The notes: a model not told the origin generated them from the sequence alone. Shown: positions 40,101 through 52,803, numbered from the whole stretch's first letter. The stretch: DNA of 63,697 bases, filler included, from Octopus bimaculoides (GCF_001194135.2; 9 parts of 8 records of this genome joined end to end with filler, not necessarily neighbours in it); one strand, 5' to 3'. Made by a program: numbers and translations.

Positions 40101-40750
40101 ATAAATATTGTGATCAGTCTCACACAGAAATTAGCTGAGTGAAAGCTATTGCTAACCGTCTGTCTTTTTCCATTTTGCATCTGACCGGATCCGGTCCTCA
40201 ACTTTTCCATTTCTTATAGAAAAGACGGTTTCCAGGGGTAATAATGTCCATCTAATACCAATGTTAGGAAATCCAATCACCATGCATCCATTCAATGTTA
40301 GGTAATCGATAACTTGTGCAGTTATATCCAAAAGCCATTCTCGCAACTAGAATGGATATCACTGTCAGAAGAGTCCGTCCTGGAGGTCATGTCATCTTGT
40401 TCTAGCAAGGACGTTTTCGTTGGTACAGAGAAACTGGTAGTTTCTTCTACGTAGTTGCAATGATAAAAGAGGTAATGTGGTAGACTAAGAACCTCAAGTT
40501 TTACATGTATCTCTTAAGATCGAAGATGAGGATATGTACTGCCATCCAGTGAAATGTACAGAGAGGACGTGGGGAAAGCGACCTGCTTGATATGGGTGGA
40601 TAGGATTTGCTTTGATATGGTACTGTAGGCTATCTACCGAATAATGGAGGTGGGCACCTAATTTTCGTTGTCAAAGACATCTGAAATTCATAATAGGCCA
40701 CAAGCAGGGGTTCAACCTATAGAGACCATTCCATATTTTATTTCTTTGTA
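37130..40750. other. Unique, microsatellite-free, decayed coding-like block of unknown origin (candidate endogenous viral element)
   Basis: Higher GC than the flanks, no simple repeats and several 55-90 codon open stretches on both strands. No confident homology recognised. Confidence 0.4.
38514..38759. repeat. Tandem duplication of a 123-bp unit
   Basis: gaccaggttcaaggcgatggctgagagc... starts at 38514 and 38637, with about 4 substitutions between copies. Confidence 0.95.
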
Positions 40751-41097
40751 TATTCCTTTTTGTTGTGTTTCAGGATTGTCTTTATACTTGATGTAATTCG
40801 TTTTGTAATTTCACTCACTCAACGTTACGGTGGCGATAATGAGAACGGTGTTACTATTAATTTTTAAAATATGATGTTATAGGAAATTATCTATTTTTCA
40901 ATGTTTAATTTATATCAAATTTTTAAAATGTCCTTAAAAATATTGTTGTATAATAACCATAGTTCCAACCCACACCATAGTTTATATGGCTTTGTCCATC
41001 TCCCCACATTTCTGTGACATTCATGTTGTTGAAGTATGTACTAAAATGGTCCGCGTAGAAATGATAAAAAGAATTCTTGTTCTTGTCATTAACATAA

Positions 41098-41460
41098 TTA
41101 AGGTGGCGAGAGAGCAGGATGGTTAGCACGCCGGGCAAAATGCTTCGGGGCATTTCATCCCCCTTTACGTTCTGAGTTCAAATTCCGTCGAGGTTGAGTT
41201 TGCTTTGCATACTTTCGGGGCGCATAAAATAAATATTTGTCATGTACTAGGGTCGATATAATCGACACGTTCCATCTCCCAAAATTTCAAGCCTTGTGTC
41301 TATAGTAAGAAGGATTATTATTATTATAATTAAGGCAGCGAGTTGTCAACATTGTTAGCAAGCAGAACGAAATGCCGCCAAGCAATTTTCTCTTCATATT
41401 CTGAATTGAAGTTCCTCGAAAATTTCAGGCCTTGTACCTATAGTAGAAAGGATTATTATT
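41098..41460 (+). mobile_element. Two tandem SINE family 1 copies, the second internally deleted
   Basis: Heads aaggtggcgag (41100) and aaggcagcgag (41332). Both end ...tatagta(a)gaa(a)ggattattatt. Confidence 0.8.
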
Positions 41461-41534
41461 ATTGCTGTTGTTGTTGTTGTTGTTGTTGTCGTCTTCATCC
41501 TACTCCTCCACTTCTTTCTCGCCTCCTCCTCCCC

Positions 41535-41601
<67 letters not shown>

Positions 41602-41683
41602 GTGGTGGTGGTGGTCGTCGTTGTCGTCATCGTCGTCGTCTAGGTAATAGTAGTAGTAGCAGCAGCAGTATTAGTAGTAGTAT

Positions 41684-41749
<66 letters not shown>

Positions 41750-41765
41750 CAGTAGCAACAGCAAC
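41460..41765. repeat. Compound trinucleotide microsatellite (TGT/ATT/GGT/AGT)
   Basis: Direct reading. Confidence 0.95.
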
Positions 41766-41833
41766 ATTGCATTATTGTTATTTTGATTATAATAATAATT
41801 GAAAGTATATCCTATATAATTATATAAGGTTCA

Positions 41834-42565
41834 ATGCGTAAGCAGCACTACAAGTCTCGTGGTCCTTTAACTGACATCTTGGCCATCAGTGGATTATTTC
41901 CCGAAGAAAACAGAAATGAAGTTGAACAAGATCTCGCCAAACAAAAATATGTCTACTGGAGATTGAGAGAAATTAAAGAAGAGTTGAAGGATCCCAAATT
42001 TCACCGAATTTTGAAGCGTTTCTCAACTCTGTTTCGTACCCCTGAGAATATTATTTTTCGATGGTTCTTTTACTGCAAACTCACTAAAAGACGTCAGGTG
42101 GAACGATTTCCTGGGCTTGCAAAACTTAACAAGAATGAAAAACTAACAGATGGTTTCGTTTCAATCTACGAAAATCGATCCATTACAAAATATAACAAAA
42201 ATGAACTTATGGAAAAGATTTCGGGAACTGAGAGTGACGACAGCAAGGACAGTTGTTTATTCGAAAAACTCATACGAGATCTGAAACATATACATTCGGA
42301 TGAAATTCAAGTAATCAAAGATGAACTTATAGCAGAACTCATAGATCTGAAACCGGCTTTGGAGGTTGAATTACGCGCTATCAAACCGCTTGATATCAGC
42401 AAATTTAGAACAAAAATACCTATCCCTCAATTACCCGTTGAAGACAAACACATTTCAACCCAGCCATATACCTTCGGTTTCTTCTGGAATAAAAGCCGTT
42501 TCCATACACCGCTTCCATTCCACACTAGGAAGTTAGAGCCAATTGACATTGATCTTTTAGGGTAA
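41834..42565 (+). CDS. Intact 243-aa ORF, unassigned; single-exon gene, large exon or viral insert
   Basis: Longest uninterrupted non-repeat ORF in the window, with normal amino-acid complexity and many CpG-containing codons. Possible acceptor AG at 41827-28 and donor GTAAAG at 42562. Confidence 0.6.
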   Translation: MRKQHYKSRGPLTDILAISGLFPEENRNEVEQDLAKQKYVYWRLREIKEELKDPKFHRILKRFSTLFRTPENIIFRWFFYCKLTKRRQVERFPGLAKLNKNEKLTDGFVSIYENRSITKYNKNELMEKISGTESDDSKDSCLFEKLIRDLKHIHSDEIQVIKDELIAELIDLKPALEVELRAIKPLDISKFRTKIPIPQLPVEDKHISTQPYTFGFFWNKSRFHTPLPFHTRKLEPIDIDLLG

Positions 42566-42784
42566 AGGAATTGATAATTTAAACAGTACAATGCTTTATG
42601 CTTATTTTTCGAGAATCTGGTTCATATGAAACAGTAAGACTTTGGAAACATTCAGAGATACGAAATCAACAGAATTTTCAGCCCATGTATCAGGTACGTA
42701 TAGCAACATCTTTATCAATGAAAATTCTTCTTTTAAGAAGATAATTTTACATTCCATATAATCAGAGTCAGTTTATTCTATATA

Positions 42785-42960
42785 GGCTTGGCTTAGCTGT
42801 GTGGTTATGAAGCATGCTTCCCAACCATGTGGCTTCTGCTATAGCCCCTGCTGGACCAAAGCTTTGTCAGTGGATTTCGTAGGCGGAAACTAAAAGAAGC
42901 TCCTCGTGTATACATATATAAAATACACACACACACACACACATACACACAAACACACAA
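42785..42960 (+). mobile_element. Degenerate SINE family 2, 5' part
   Basis: ttagctgtgtggttatgaagcatgcttcccaaccatg...ccaaagctttgtcagtggatt...ggaaactaaaagaagc. Confidence 0.65.
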
Positions 42961-42974
42961 ATATATATATACAT

Positions 42975-43560
42975 ACAATCCAAGACAAACCAACTGAAAA
43001 GAAGAATTACATAGGGTTATGTAAGGGCGAATTCAAGAGACGTTATGCAAACCACCTATATTCTTTCAGGCACATCGATGAAAATAATGCAGCTAAGTTG
43101 GCTAGCCGCGTATAGAATTTGAAAAGCAGCTCCACACTACATACAAATAAGTTGGGAATAGTAGAGACATCCAAACCATATGTTAATGGAGCAAAGAAAG
43201 GCTATTTATGCGTAGCAGAAAGATCTCATATTCTTCTTCGATCCACCAATTCTAACACATAGCTTAATTCGAGATCTGAAATTTTTAACAGGTGTAGGCA
43301 TATGGACAGGTTTCTTTCATCGAATTGGAGGACACCACCGGCTCCGGATTGAGTCCTGCAGACATAGACTTATTTTTTATTATTGTGTTCTAAACTAGTT
43401 GTATTTAATGAGCTTTTTGCAATCAGGGAGGTCATGGATCGTAATTCTTGATTTCGTTCCTTTTCTCATACCATTTTTTGCACCAACCTTTTTCACGTTT
43501 TTTCCCGTTTTTCTGATTTTCTCACTGACCAACGTCCCTTATTTTTAAAACTTATATATA
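42975..43560 (+). mobile_element. Penelope-like GIY-YIG 3' fragment
   Basis: KNYIGLCKGEFKRRYANHLYSFRH...SKPYVNG..LCVAERSHIL...LNSRSEIFNRCRH. Confidence 0.85.
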
Positions 43561-43756
43561 ACACATAAACAGAGCCTGAACGATTGCTTTAAAATACATG
43601 GCGTATTTTATAAAAATGTTTGTTTAAAATATTAGTAGTTCTTTTGGCTGTGTATTNNNNNNNNNNNNNNNNNNNNNNNNNNNNNNNNNNNNNNNNNNNN
43701 TTAATTAATTAANNNNNNNNNNNNNNNNNNNNNNNNNNNNNNNNNNNNNNNNNNNN

Positions 43757-43915
43757 ATGCAGACGACATTCATGCAGACGACATTCATGCAGACGCCATT
43801 CATGAAGACGACATTCATGCAGACGACATTCATGCAGACGACATACATGCAGACGACATTCATGCAGACGACATTCATGCAGACGACATTCATGCAGACG
43901 ACATACATGCAGACA
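43757..43915. repeat. 15-bp minisatellite (ATGCAGACGACATTC), at least 10 units
   Basis: Direct reading. Left end lies in a gap. Confidence 0.95.
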
Positions 43916-43974
43916 TGCAGACTTACATTACATGTATGGTGATTGCTCCATCTTCACAGATGGTTGCCGTCCCT

Positions 43975-44160
43975 TTCTGCATTCTCGTTGTCAATGGCAT
44001 TTCCGACTTTCCATCCGTGACCTCTAAGATAGCTATTAAGTCACGAAAGGATGAAAGGCAAAGTCAACCTGAGTGGTATTTGAACTCAGAGCATAAGACA
44101 GGCTAAGTACCGCTAAGCATTTCACCCGGCGTGCCAACGATTCTGCCATCTCGCCGCCTT
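43975..44160 (-). mobile_element. SINE family 1
   Basis: aaaggatgaaaggcaaagtcaacct...tttgaactcaga...gcatttcacccggcgtgccaacgattctgcc..tcgccgcctt. Confidence 0.8.
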
Positions 44161-44710
44161 ATTCTCAAAAAATTATCGTAGAAAGAAAACGTCTTTGGAT
44201 CATTGATAAGGTGTTTGCAAATCCAGTTCCCAAGAGACATTTTCAGTGTCATATCTATTATCGTCGGAGCGACAATATTCGTATCAAAAGGCCTGGAGCA
44301 ATGTATAGTCGAAGTTGGAGCCTACGCGACAAATGATCCCGCTGGCTGGGACACTAAAGAGTCTGACAGACTTTCTTAAGAGTCAAAGGATGGCTAACGA
44401 AACACCGCTCTAAATTTAAAAAATAAGAAAATAAAACATACATACATACATCTCTCTCCCTATACACACACGCATACACACGCATGCACGCGCGTGTATG
44501 TGTGCATATGTGTTTGTGCTTGTATTTCAAACACCGCCGTTAGTTTGTTTCCGTCCTCGTAACATGGTGGTCCGGCAATAAAGACAGATAGAATAAATAC
44601 CAGACTTTAAAATATGTACTGGAGTCGATCTGTTCGGTTGGCGGCGGTGCCCCAGTATGGCCGTAGTCCCAAAAATAGAAACAAGTAAAAGACACCACCA
44701 CCACCACCAG

Positions 44711-44773
<63 letters not shown>

Positions 44774-45150
44774 TACTACTACTACTATTTTTTGTCATGT
44801 GACATAATTTGTTTTTATACAGTTCCAGTGTCTTCGTTTTCGATAAAAATTTTCAAACCGGAAATAGCAGGGCAGCAAAAGATTGCAGAGCAATGCAGGA
44901 TATTGCAGTGTTTTGCAACATTGCTGTAAAAACAATAGTTACATGCTTGACAAGACTGAATCACTGAGAGAGAGAGAGAAAGAGGGGGAGGGAGAGAGAG
45001 AGAGAAAGAAGGGGAAGGATGTAGGGATTGAGGGGACGAGAGAGAAGAGAGTAAGAAAGTAAGAGAGGAGGGAGAGAGTAAGAGAGAGAGAGTGAGTGAG
45101 AGGGGAAAACAGAGAGAGATTGTATACAGCTGAGAGATAGAAAGAGAGAG

Positions 45151-45213
<63 letters not shown>

Positions 45214-45402
45214 TGGCAAAGAAAAAAGATAGAAAACGAGAAAGAGAGAATGTGAGTTATTGGAAAGAATAAGTTAAAGAAAGGGAGAAGGAAAATAAAA
45301 TGGAAAGAGATAAAATGAATGCGAATAAGTGAGAGGAAAGAGAGAAGATAAAAATGCGTTAGTAAACAAGTGAGAAAGAAAGAGAATAAGGAGAGAATGA
45401 GG

Positions 45403-45456
<54 letters not shown>

Positions 45457-45734
45457 GTGAAAGACTAATGTTTGTATGAAAGGATTAGAGTTGAGACGAA
45501 AGTGTCAAAGACGAAATAAGAAACTGTGGAATCAACGGAAAAACAAAAAAAAAAGAAATACCTAAAAACGTATGTGCACACCCGTGTGTGTGTGTGTGTG
45601 TGTGCGTGTGTGTGAATAATTTTATACACACTTGCACGGAACTGCGTTTATGCGCGTACGAACAACACATGCGCGCACACACACACACACGCTTACAAAC
45701 ATATATAGACACACATTCATACATATATACGTAT

Positions 45735-45800
<66 letters not shown>

Positions 45801-45977
45801 TCCGGAAGTCTTCATGCACACACATAACACACAAAGATATCAACAAAAGTACAAACAGGAATCGCTCTCCCTTTCTCTTTCTTTCTTTCTCCATACACAC
45901 ACACATATATACAGACATGTATATACAAATGCACACATATATACATGTATGTATGTATAGATGTGTAGATGTATGTG

Positions 45978-46009
<32 letters not shown>

Positions 46010-47002
46010 CGTGTGTGTGTGTATGTATGTTTATGTGCTTATTCATCTGCATATAGACACGGTGGAAGAAGAAGAAGAAGAAGGAAAGAATATGTGAATA
46101 ATGTGTAAACAGGGTTGTTGATTTTAGAAATATTACCACACGAACTGTTTCAAGTGATCACTCTCTGGTGTTTGAGTCTTGTTTGTGAACGTGAGATTTT
46201 GTTAGTAATTGTAGGCCTTTTCTCGGTATAAAGAAGCTCGGCCATTTCCGGTATCTCCTTTGATACTTCCGGGATTTATTAACGTTACTCAGACTACTGT
46301 ATATATAGAGACGAACTATGTTGATAAATGTTTGAGAAATGCTTGTCTTTGGTTACACAACACTGAAAAACATACATCGTTAACGGTGTTACCAGCTGAC
46401 AGTTCCCAGACAGAAGTTATCCAAGTTTCTCTCCTTTTTTTTTTAAATGTTTATTTATTTACTTTACACTTCAACTTAAATATTGTAAAGGTAAAATAGT
46501 GGAGTTTGATAAAATATTGGACAAGAAAAGAAAGAAGTGGCAATCAGCTCTTTAGTTCATGAGTTCGAGATCAACTGCAGATGTTTCGGTGTTGCAGTTG
46601 ATCCAAATGAAGCCTGATCGAGTAAGACTATCGTAAAAAAGCCATTCTAGTGATGACCATCCCGTCTTTTTGTGTTATTTTTTTTAGAAACATGCTATAT
46701 TAGCCATTGTATCCTTCTTATTTTAAGACGTCAGGCTGTGATTTGTGGAAGATTTGGCTTTGATTTCTAGCAGTTCGAGTGACCATAAAGAAGCTTAAAT
46801 GTTTCGTTGTTCTTATCAGGATATCACGAGTGTGAAGTAAACCTTCTTTCACTTCGCGCCTTTTCATGAAATTAGGGTTAAGTTCCAGTATTCTGGGCCT
46901 TATTGAAAAGAGAGCGAGAGGGAGAGGGAAAGGAAGGGAGAGGGAAAGGAAGGGAGAGGGAAAGGAAGGGAGAGAGGGCAAGAAAAAATTATGCATCATC
47001 GG

Positions 47003-47004
<2 letters not shown>

Positions 47005-47051
<47 letters not shown>

Positions 47052-47330
47052 GGGCGTCGTCGTCGTCTGTAGACGAACCCCAGCAATGGCTTCTCTCCAG
47101 AATTCGCCATTGGCCGGTCACTCTTTAGTAAGCCAGAGCCTTGAACTACTGGCCAATACATGTCCGGGCAGGACGATCCCTAGGTCGCTTTTTCTGTGTT
47201 GGTTCCCACATCAGCATTTTGCTCACTAATTCCATCCTTGCTGCCAAAACAGTGTCCACAGAATCTCCGTCTTCGTTTCTGTGGCGGTAACAACCATGTA
47301 CAACCTGGACACGTAATTTCATTTCAGAAA
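47005..47330 (-). mobile_element. RTE-clade LINE 3' fragment
   Basis: ELVSKMLMWEPTQKKRPRDRPART, typical of the RTE C-terminal LLWxP..R.RGRP motif. Ends in a (GAC)n(TAG)n tail. Confidence 0.7.
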
Positions 47331-48910
47331 TAGCTCCATCCGTTTCTTTTCTCTTTTCTGCTCTTTTTTTTTTTTCTTTTTTTTTTTCAATATCTTAAAA
47401 CACTACGGTGTCATTTGATGGTGATTTAGCTGCTAATTCAAGCATGTCAAGTTACCGCATTGGCTCTAAAATATTACTCGTAGAAGTAGACCAGTGTGTT
47501 GGTGAGTGTCATTAGCAAGACAGGCAGTGTAAGGTCGGTGGTGGCGCTGGTGGCGGGAGAGGACCTGACTGAGGTTTATAGCTAATTTCAACCGCTTTCA
47601 TCTTTAATTTGTAGATCTGCAATAAAACAGTCTGTTTACAATAAATTGTTGACACAACTTTACAGTTCAATCCTTGTTTACCCATTATTAAAAAGAAACA
47701 AAATGTAAATTTAATCATATATGTATATATATGTATATATATATATATATATATACACACACTTATGTACATCTGGTTACAACCATAGTTATATGATATA
47801 TACATACACACTAATATATANNNNNNNNNNNNNNNNNNNNNNNNNNNNNNNNNNNNNNNNNNNNNNNNNNNNNNNNNNNNNNNNNNNNNNNNNNNNNNNN
47901 NNNNNNNNNNNNNNNNNNNNNNNNNNNNNNNNNNNNNNNNNNNNNNNNNNNNNNNNNNNNNNNNNNNNNNNNNNNNNNNNNNNNNNNNNNNNNNNNNNNN
48001 NNNNNNNNNNNNNNNNNNNNNNNNNNNNNNNNNNNNNNNNNNNNNNNNNNNNNNNNNNNNNNNNNNNNNNNNNNNNNNNNNNNNNNNGCATTCCAGCAAA
48101 TCGGAGAATAACATGTTCAGTCTTGTACTTATTGCATCGGTTTCTTTTTATCGAACTGCTATGTTACAAGTATGTGAACAGAGCAACACCGATCGTTTAG
48201 TGCTCAGAGATAAACACGCAAATACACACATACACAGACACACACACACACACACATAAATATGTACTTACGTTTATATACATGTGTGTGTGTGTGAGTG
48301 TGTGTGTGTGTATGTGTGTGTGTGTGTGTGTGTGCATCTCCAGACAATAAACTTGTGCTTTTCCTTATCTTCCTCAATGGCAGGTCATCTCCACTTCTCA
48401 TAAGAAGCTGGTATTAATTGTCATTTGGAGAATATGATAATCCTCTAGAGACAGGTTATTTTAACACATCAAGAAATTATCTTCTAGGGTATTTGATAGA
48501 CCTGTATTTGCCTGTGCTGTTCAAATACATGCCACTGGTCACTCTACATCTGTGTGTGTGTGTGTGTGTGTGTGCGTGTGTGTGTGTGTGTGTGTATGCG
48601 TGTGTGTACGTATACGATGGCTGTGGCTCAGTATTCGTCTACCAAATTCATTCACAAATCCTTTGAGACTTCTTAGGGCTACTGTAGAAGACACTCGTCC
48701 AAGACGCCGCAGTGGGACTGAACTCAAAACGATGTGTGGCTGTGAAAAGCGAACTTTTTAATCATTCAGCCCTCGAGCAGCCTTTGATTTTTCTTATCCG
48801 AAGGGATTTTTAACCCCAATGTTCACACGTTCTTATTTATAGATTTATGTGCTTTGAGATTCACTATTACAAAAAAAAAAAAAAACAATTCTGAATTATG
48901 NNNNNNNNNN

Positions 48911-48975
<65 letters not shown>

Positions 48976-49189
48976 AGTGTATTTCGCATTCATCCCATTA
49001 GCCATGTTCGTTGAAAATATGTAAATTGCTTGAAGCCATAAATATTTTCTACTCTTTTAGTGTATGGCTGTGTATCTTTGCTGGATGTCAGGTAGAACTA
49101 CTGCTGTGCTGACGACGTCAGCAGCCAAGACAGGCAGCACTTTATGCAATATGTACTTTATGTACTTTATGCAATATGTACTGGAAAGT

Positions 49190-49442
49190 CCCAAAGAATC
49201 GTTACATTTTCCCCTTAATCCTGGTGTTTTTGTTATGTATTTGTCTGAATATTTTTTAAAATCATATATAATGCGCCTATTATGATAGGAATTGTTTCTG
49301 CTTTTAGGCTCCACATTCGAGTTAACTCTATTTCCAGGTCTTTGTATTTTGAAAGTTTCTCCATTTCTTTTAGAGAAACGTTGTCATCTGTTGGTATTGA
49401 TATATCAATTAGAAAGCAGTTTTCCTTGATCATCTCTGACAA
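49190..49442 (-). mobile_element. R4/Dong LINE RLE fragment
   Basis: NCFLIDISIPTDDNVSLKEMEKLSKYKDLEIELTRMWSLKAETIPIIIGAL. Close to 14230-14348. Confidence 0.85.
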
Positions 49443-49757
49443 CTATATATATATATATATNNNNNNNNNNNNNNNNNNNNNNNNNNNNNNNNNNNNNNNN
49501 NNNNTTAATTAATTAANNNNNNNNNNNNNNNNNNNNNNNNNNNNNNNNNNNNNNNNNNNNACCATTTTGCATTATGTTCGAAGTAGCTTCTGGAATGTGG
49601 TGAATTGCTACAGTCTGTGGCTGTCTTTCCCCAGCAAACTCTCTTCTTCGGAGGCATAATCTATGTATATATTAAACAGAACAACAAAAGTTATAATAGA
49701 TGGCAGGGTCGGTACTTTTCACATATCTGTAATTTTTCAGATTAACACCCGCACGAT

Positions 49758-49885
49758 TACCCAACCCTAATCCTAAAACTAACCCAAAACCCTAACCCTA
49801 ACCCTAACCCTGACCCTAAAAAACGTAACCGTAACATTAATGCTAAACCCTAACCCTGACCCTAAAACCTTAACCCTAACACTCT
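49758..49885. repeat. Degenerate interstitial (CCCTAA)n telomere-like array
   Basis: ccctaaccctaaccctaaccctgaccctaa... with variant units. Confidence 0.8.
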
Positions 49886-51167
49886 AGTGAAAATCGTGGT
49901 AAATTTATAAGACATTGACGAACATGAGTTATATTTTACTGAATGATTGTGTACTTGCACGTGTATGCGTTTGAGAGAGCGAGAGAGGAAGAGGTAGAGA
50001 GGGGGAGAGAAAGGAATAGGGGTAGTTAAAAGTTTTCTTATGACAGCTTCTCTTCACTGCCTATTACTTCATTAGAAATCTAAGGATGCACATAAGCACA
50101 TAATAGAGAAAAATGAAACAAATATGGACGATTTGCTCCGAAACACCATCGAGTGGGGAACACTTCTCAAAGATAACCTGCAGTTGTTTCCTTCAAAATT
50201 CCGAAATGTTCATAGATCAAGGTATATTTGTAGAAAATTTCACGAAAAAATATTCATTTTCCTGGAAGTTAAGAGGAATTTAAGTGGAATTTCCGAATAT
50301 TGTACCCCACCCCCTTCCAAAACACTTTCACCGAAAATGTTTGTATATTTGGAATCTACATAATAAATAATATATGTATAGAAAATTTCATTAAAAAATA
50401 TTCATTTTTATGAAAGTTATGACCTTCCAAAAGTTGGGGGATACAACTCTGTAGTTATGCCNNNNNNNNNNNNNNNNNNNNNNNNNNNNNNNNNNNNNNN
50501 NNNNNNNNNNNNNNNNNNNNNNNNNNNNNNNNNNNNNNNNNNNNNNNNNNNNNNNNNNNNNNNNNNNNNNNNNNNNNNNNNNNNNNNNNNNNNNNNNNNN
50601 NNNNNNNNNNNNNNNNNNNNNNNNNNNNNNNNNNNNNNNNNNNNNNNNNNNNNNNNNNNNNNNNNNNNNNNNNNNNNNNNNNNNNNNNNNNNNNNNNNNN
50701 NNNNNNNNNNNNNNNNNNNNNNNNNNNNNNNNNNNNNNNNNNNNNNNNNNNNNNNNNNNNNNNNNNNNNNNNNNNNNNNNNNNNNNNNNNNNNNNNNNNN
50801 NNNNNNNNNNNNNNNNNNNNNNNNNNNNNNNNNNNNNNNNNNNNNNNNNNNNNNNNNNNNNNNNNNNNNNNNNNNNNNNNNNNNNNNNNNNNNNNNNNNN
50901 NNNNNNNNNNNNNNNNNNNNNNNNNNNNNNNNNNNNNNNNNNNNNNNNNNNNNNNNNNNNNNNNNNNNNNNNNNNNNNNNNNNNNNNNNNNNNNNNNNNN
51001 NNNNNNNNNNNNNNNNNNNNNNNNNNNNNNNNNNNNNNNNNNNNNNNNNNNNNNNNNNNNNNNNNNNNNNNNNNNNNNNNNNNNNNNNNNNNNNNNNNNN
51101 NNNNNNNNNNNNNNNNNNNNNNNNNNNNNNNNNNNNNNNNNNNNNNNNNNNNNNNNNNNNNNNNNNN

Positions 51168-51202
<35 letters not shown>

Positions 51203-52136
51203 AACACGTCCATACTCACATATACACACATACATACAAAACCTACCCATACACATACGCACTCACATACATATACCCATAAACATACATATACACACAC
51301 CCATATACATGCATAAATACATACATACACATACATATATATAAATATATGTACATATACATACACACACACATATATATATATATATATGTATACACAT
51401 ATTAACACACATACATACACATACATATATATATATATATATACACACACACATACATATATNNNNNNNNNNNNNNNNNNNNNNNNNNNNNNNNNNNNNN
51501 NNNNNNTTAATTAATTAANNNNNNNNNNNNNNNNNNNNNNNNNNNNNNNNNNNNNNNNNNNNTCACCGGAACTGTAAAAATCTGTAAAACTTTCCAGAAG
51601 TTTATCATTTAAATATATATTAGCATGTCTAGATATGTAACTATATGCATGAGAATACATACATAAAACATACAAATCTGCACATACATACATACATACA
51701 TACATACATACATACATACATACATACATACATACATACATACAAAAAGATCCAATCCATCACCGGAACTGTAAAAATCTGTAAAACTTTCCAGAAGTTT
51801 ATCATTTAAATATATATTAGCATGTCTAGATATGCAACTATATGCATAAGAAGACATACATAAAACATACAAATCTGCACATACATACATACATACATAC
51901 ATACATACATGCATACATACATACATATATACTTAGATACATACATACATACATACATACATGCAAACTAGACCGATACCGATAGAACAAGTACTTGGCT
52001 TAAAAAGAAAATACGTACAGGTGTCAATTCGTTCGACTAAAATTCCTGTGGAACTCCAGCATGTCCGTAGTCTAAAACAAGTAAAAGATAAAGACATACA
52101 CACACACACACACGTACACACATGCACGCGCGCACG

Positions 52137-52355
52137 CACAAGGTTACTGAAAAGTTCCTGGCTTTGGATAAAAGAAAATACAGGAGGATCAGTTAGTTAT
52201 GATTTTATTGGTCATATTCCCTTCTCAGATTCACACACTTATTGCAGCAACCCTTCAGTTTTTCTAAGCCCTGTAAAAGAACTCGGAAGGCTGGGTCTCC
52301 AACTACGCCTTTCGCGATACCCTTAAAACCAGGAACATTTCAGTACACCATCGTA
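52137..52355. mobile_element. Mariner-type MITE with ~30-bp imperfect TIRs
   Basis: Left ..ggttactgaaaagttcctggcttt matches the reverse complement of right aaaaccaggaacatttcagtacaccatcgTA. Confidence 0.75.
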
Positions 52356-52380
52356 TATACACATTGATTATTATATTATA

Positions 52381-52471
52381 CTCGCAGAAATACCCGGCGT
52401 AGCCCGGGTTAAAGAGAATAATGAAATCTAAAAACACCATCTAGACTACGCATCATCTTTATATATAGAGA
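52381..52471 (-). mobile_element. 91-bp minimal Helitron
   Basis: Minus strand reads A|TCTCTATATATAAAG ... GC hairpin (plus strand CCCGG-CGTAGC-CCGGG, 52393-52408) ... CGAG|T. Confidence 0.7.
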
Positions 52472-52803
52472 TGTATATACACACACGCACCCAAACACAT
52501 GTATATATATGTATATCAATATAAATATATGAAAGTCAATGAAGTTTCGTAAAAGGTGATCATGTACATACTTTCTTGCTGTTGTGATTATAACACCTCG
52601 TTGTAAACAATGTTCCTTGTTTTCCCTTGTGGAGCATATACAAATAGGTTTTTTGTTGCTGCCCACTCTTGAGCAGCCAACATACAGTTGTCCATGTGAG
52701 AAGNNNNNNNNNNNNNNNNNNNNNNNNNNNNNNNNNNNNNNNNNNNNTTAATTAATTAANNNNNNNNNNNNNNNNNNNNNNNNNNNNNNNNNNNNNNNNN
52801 NNN

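Noticed and set aside
51563-51950. ~196-bp tandem duplication with (CATA)n
   Set aside because: Adjacent to a gap and microsatellite-bounded, so probably two haplotypes or an overlap artefact. Cannot be confirmed.
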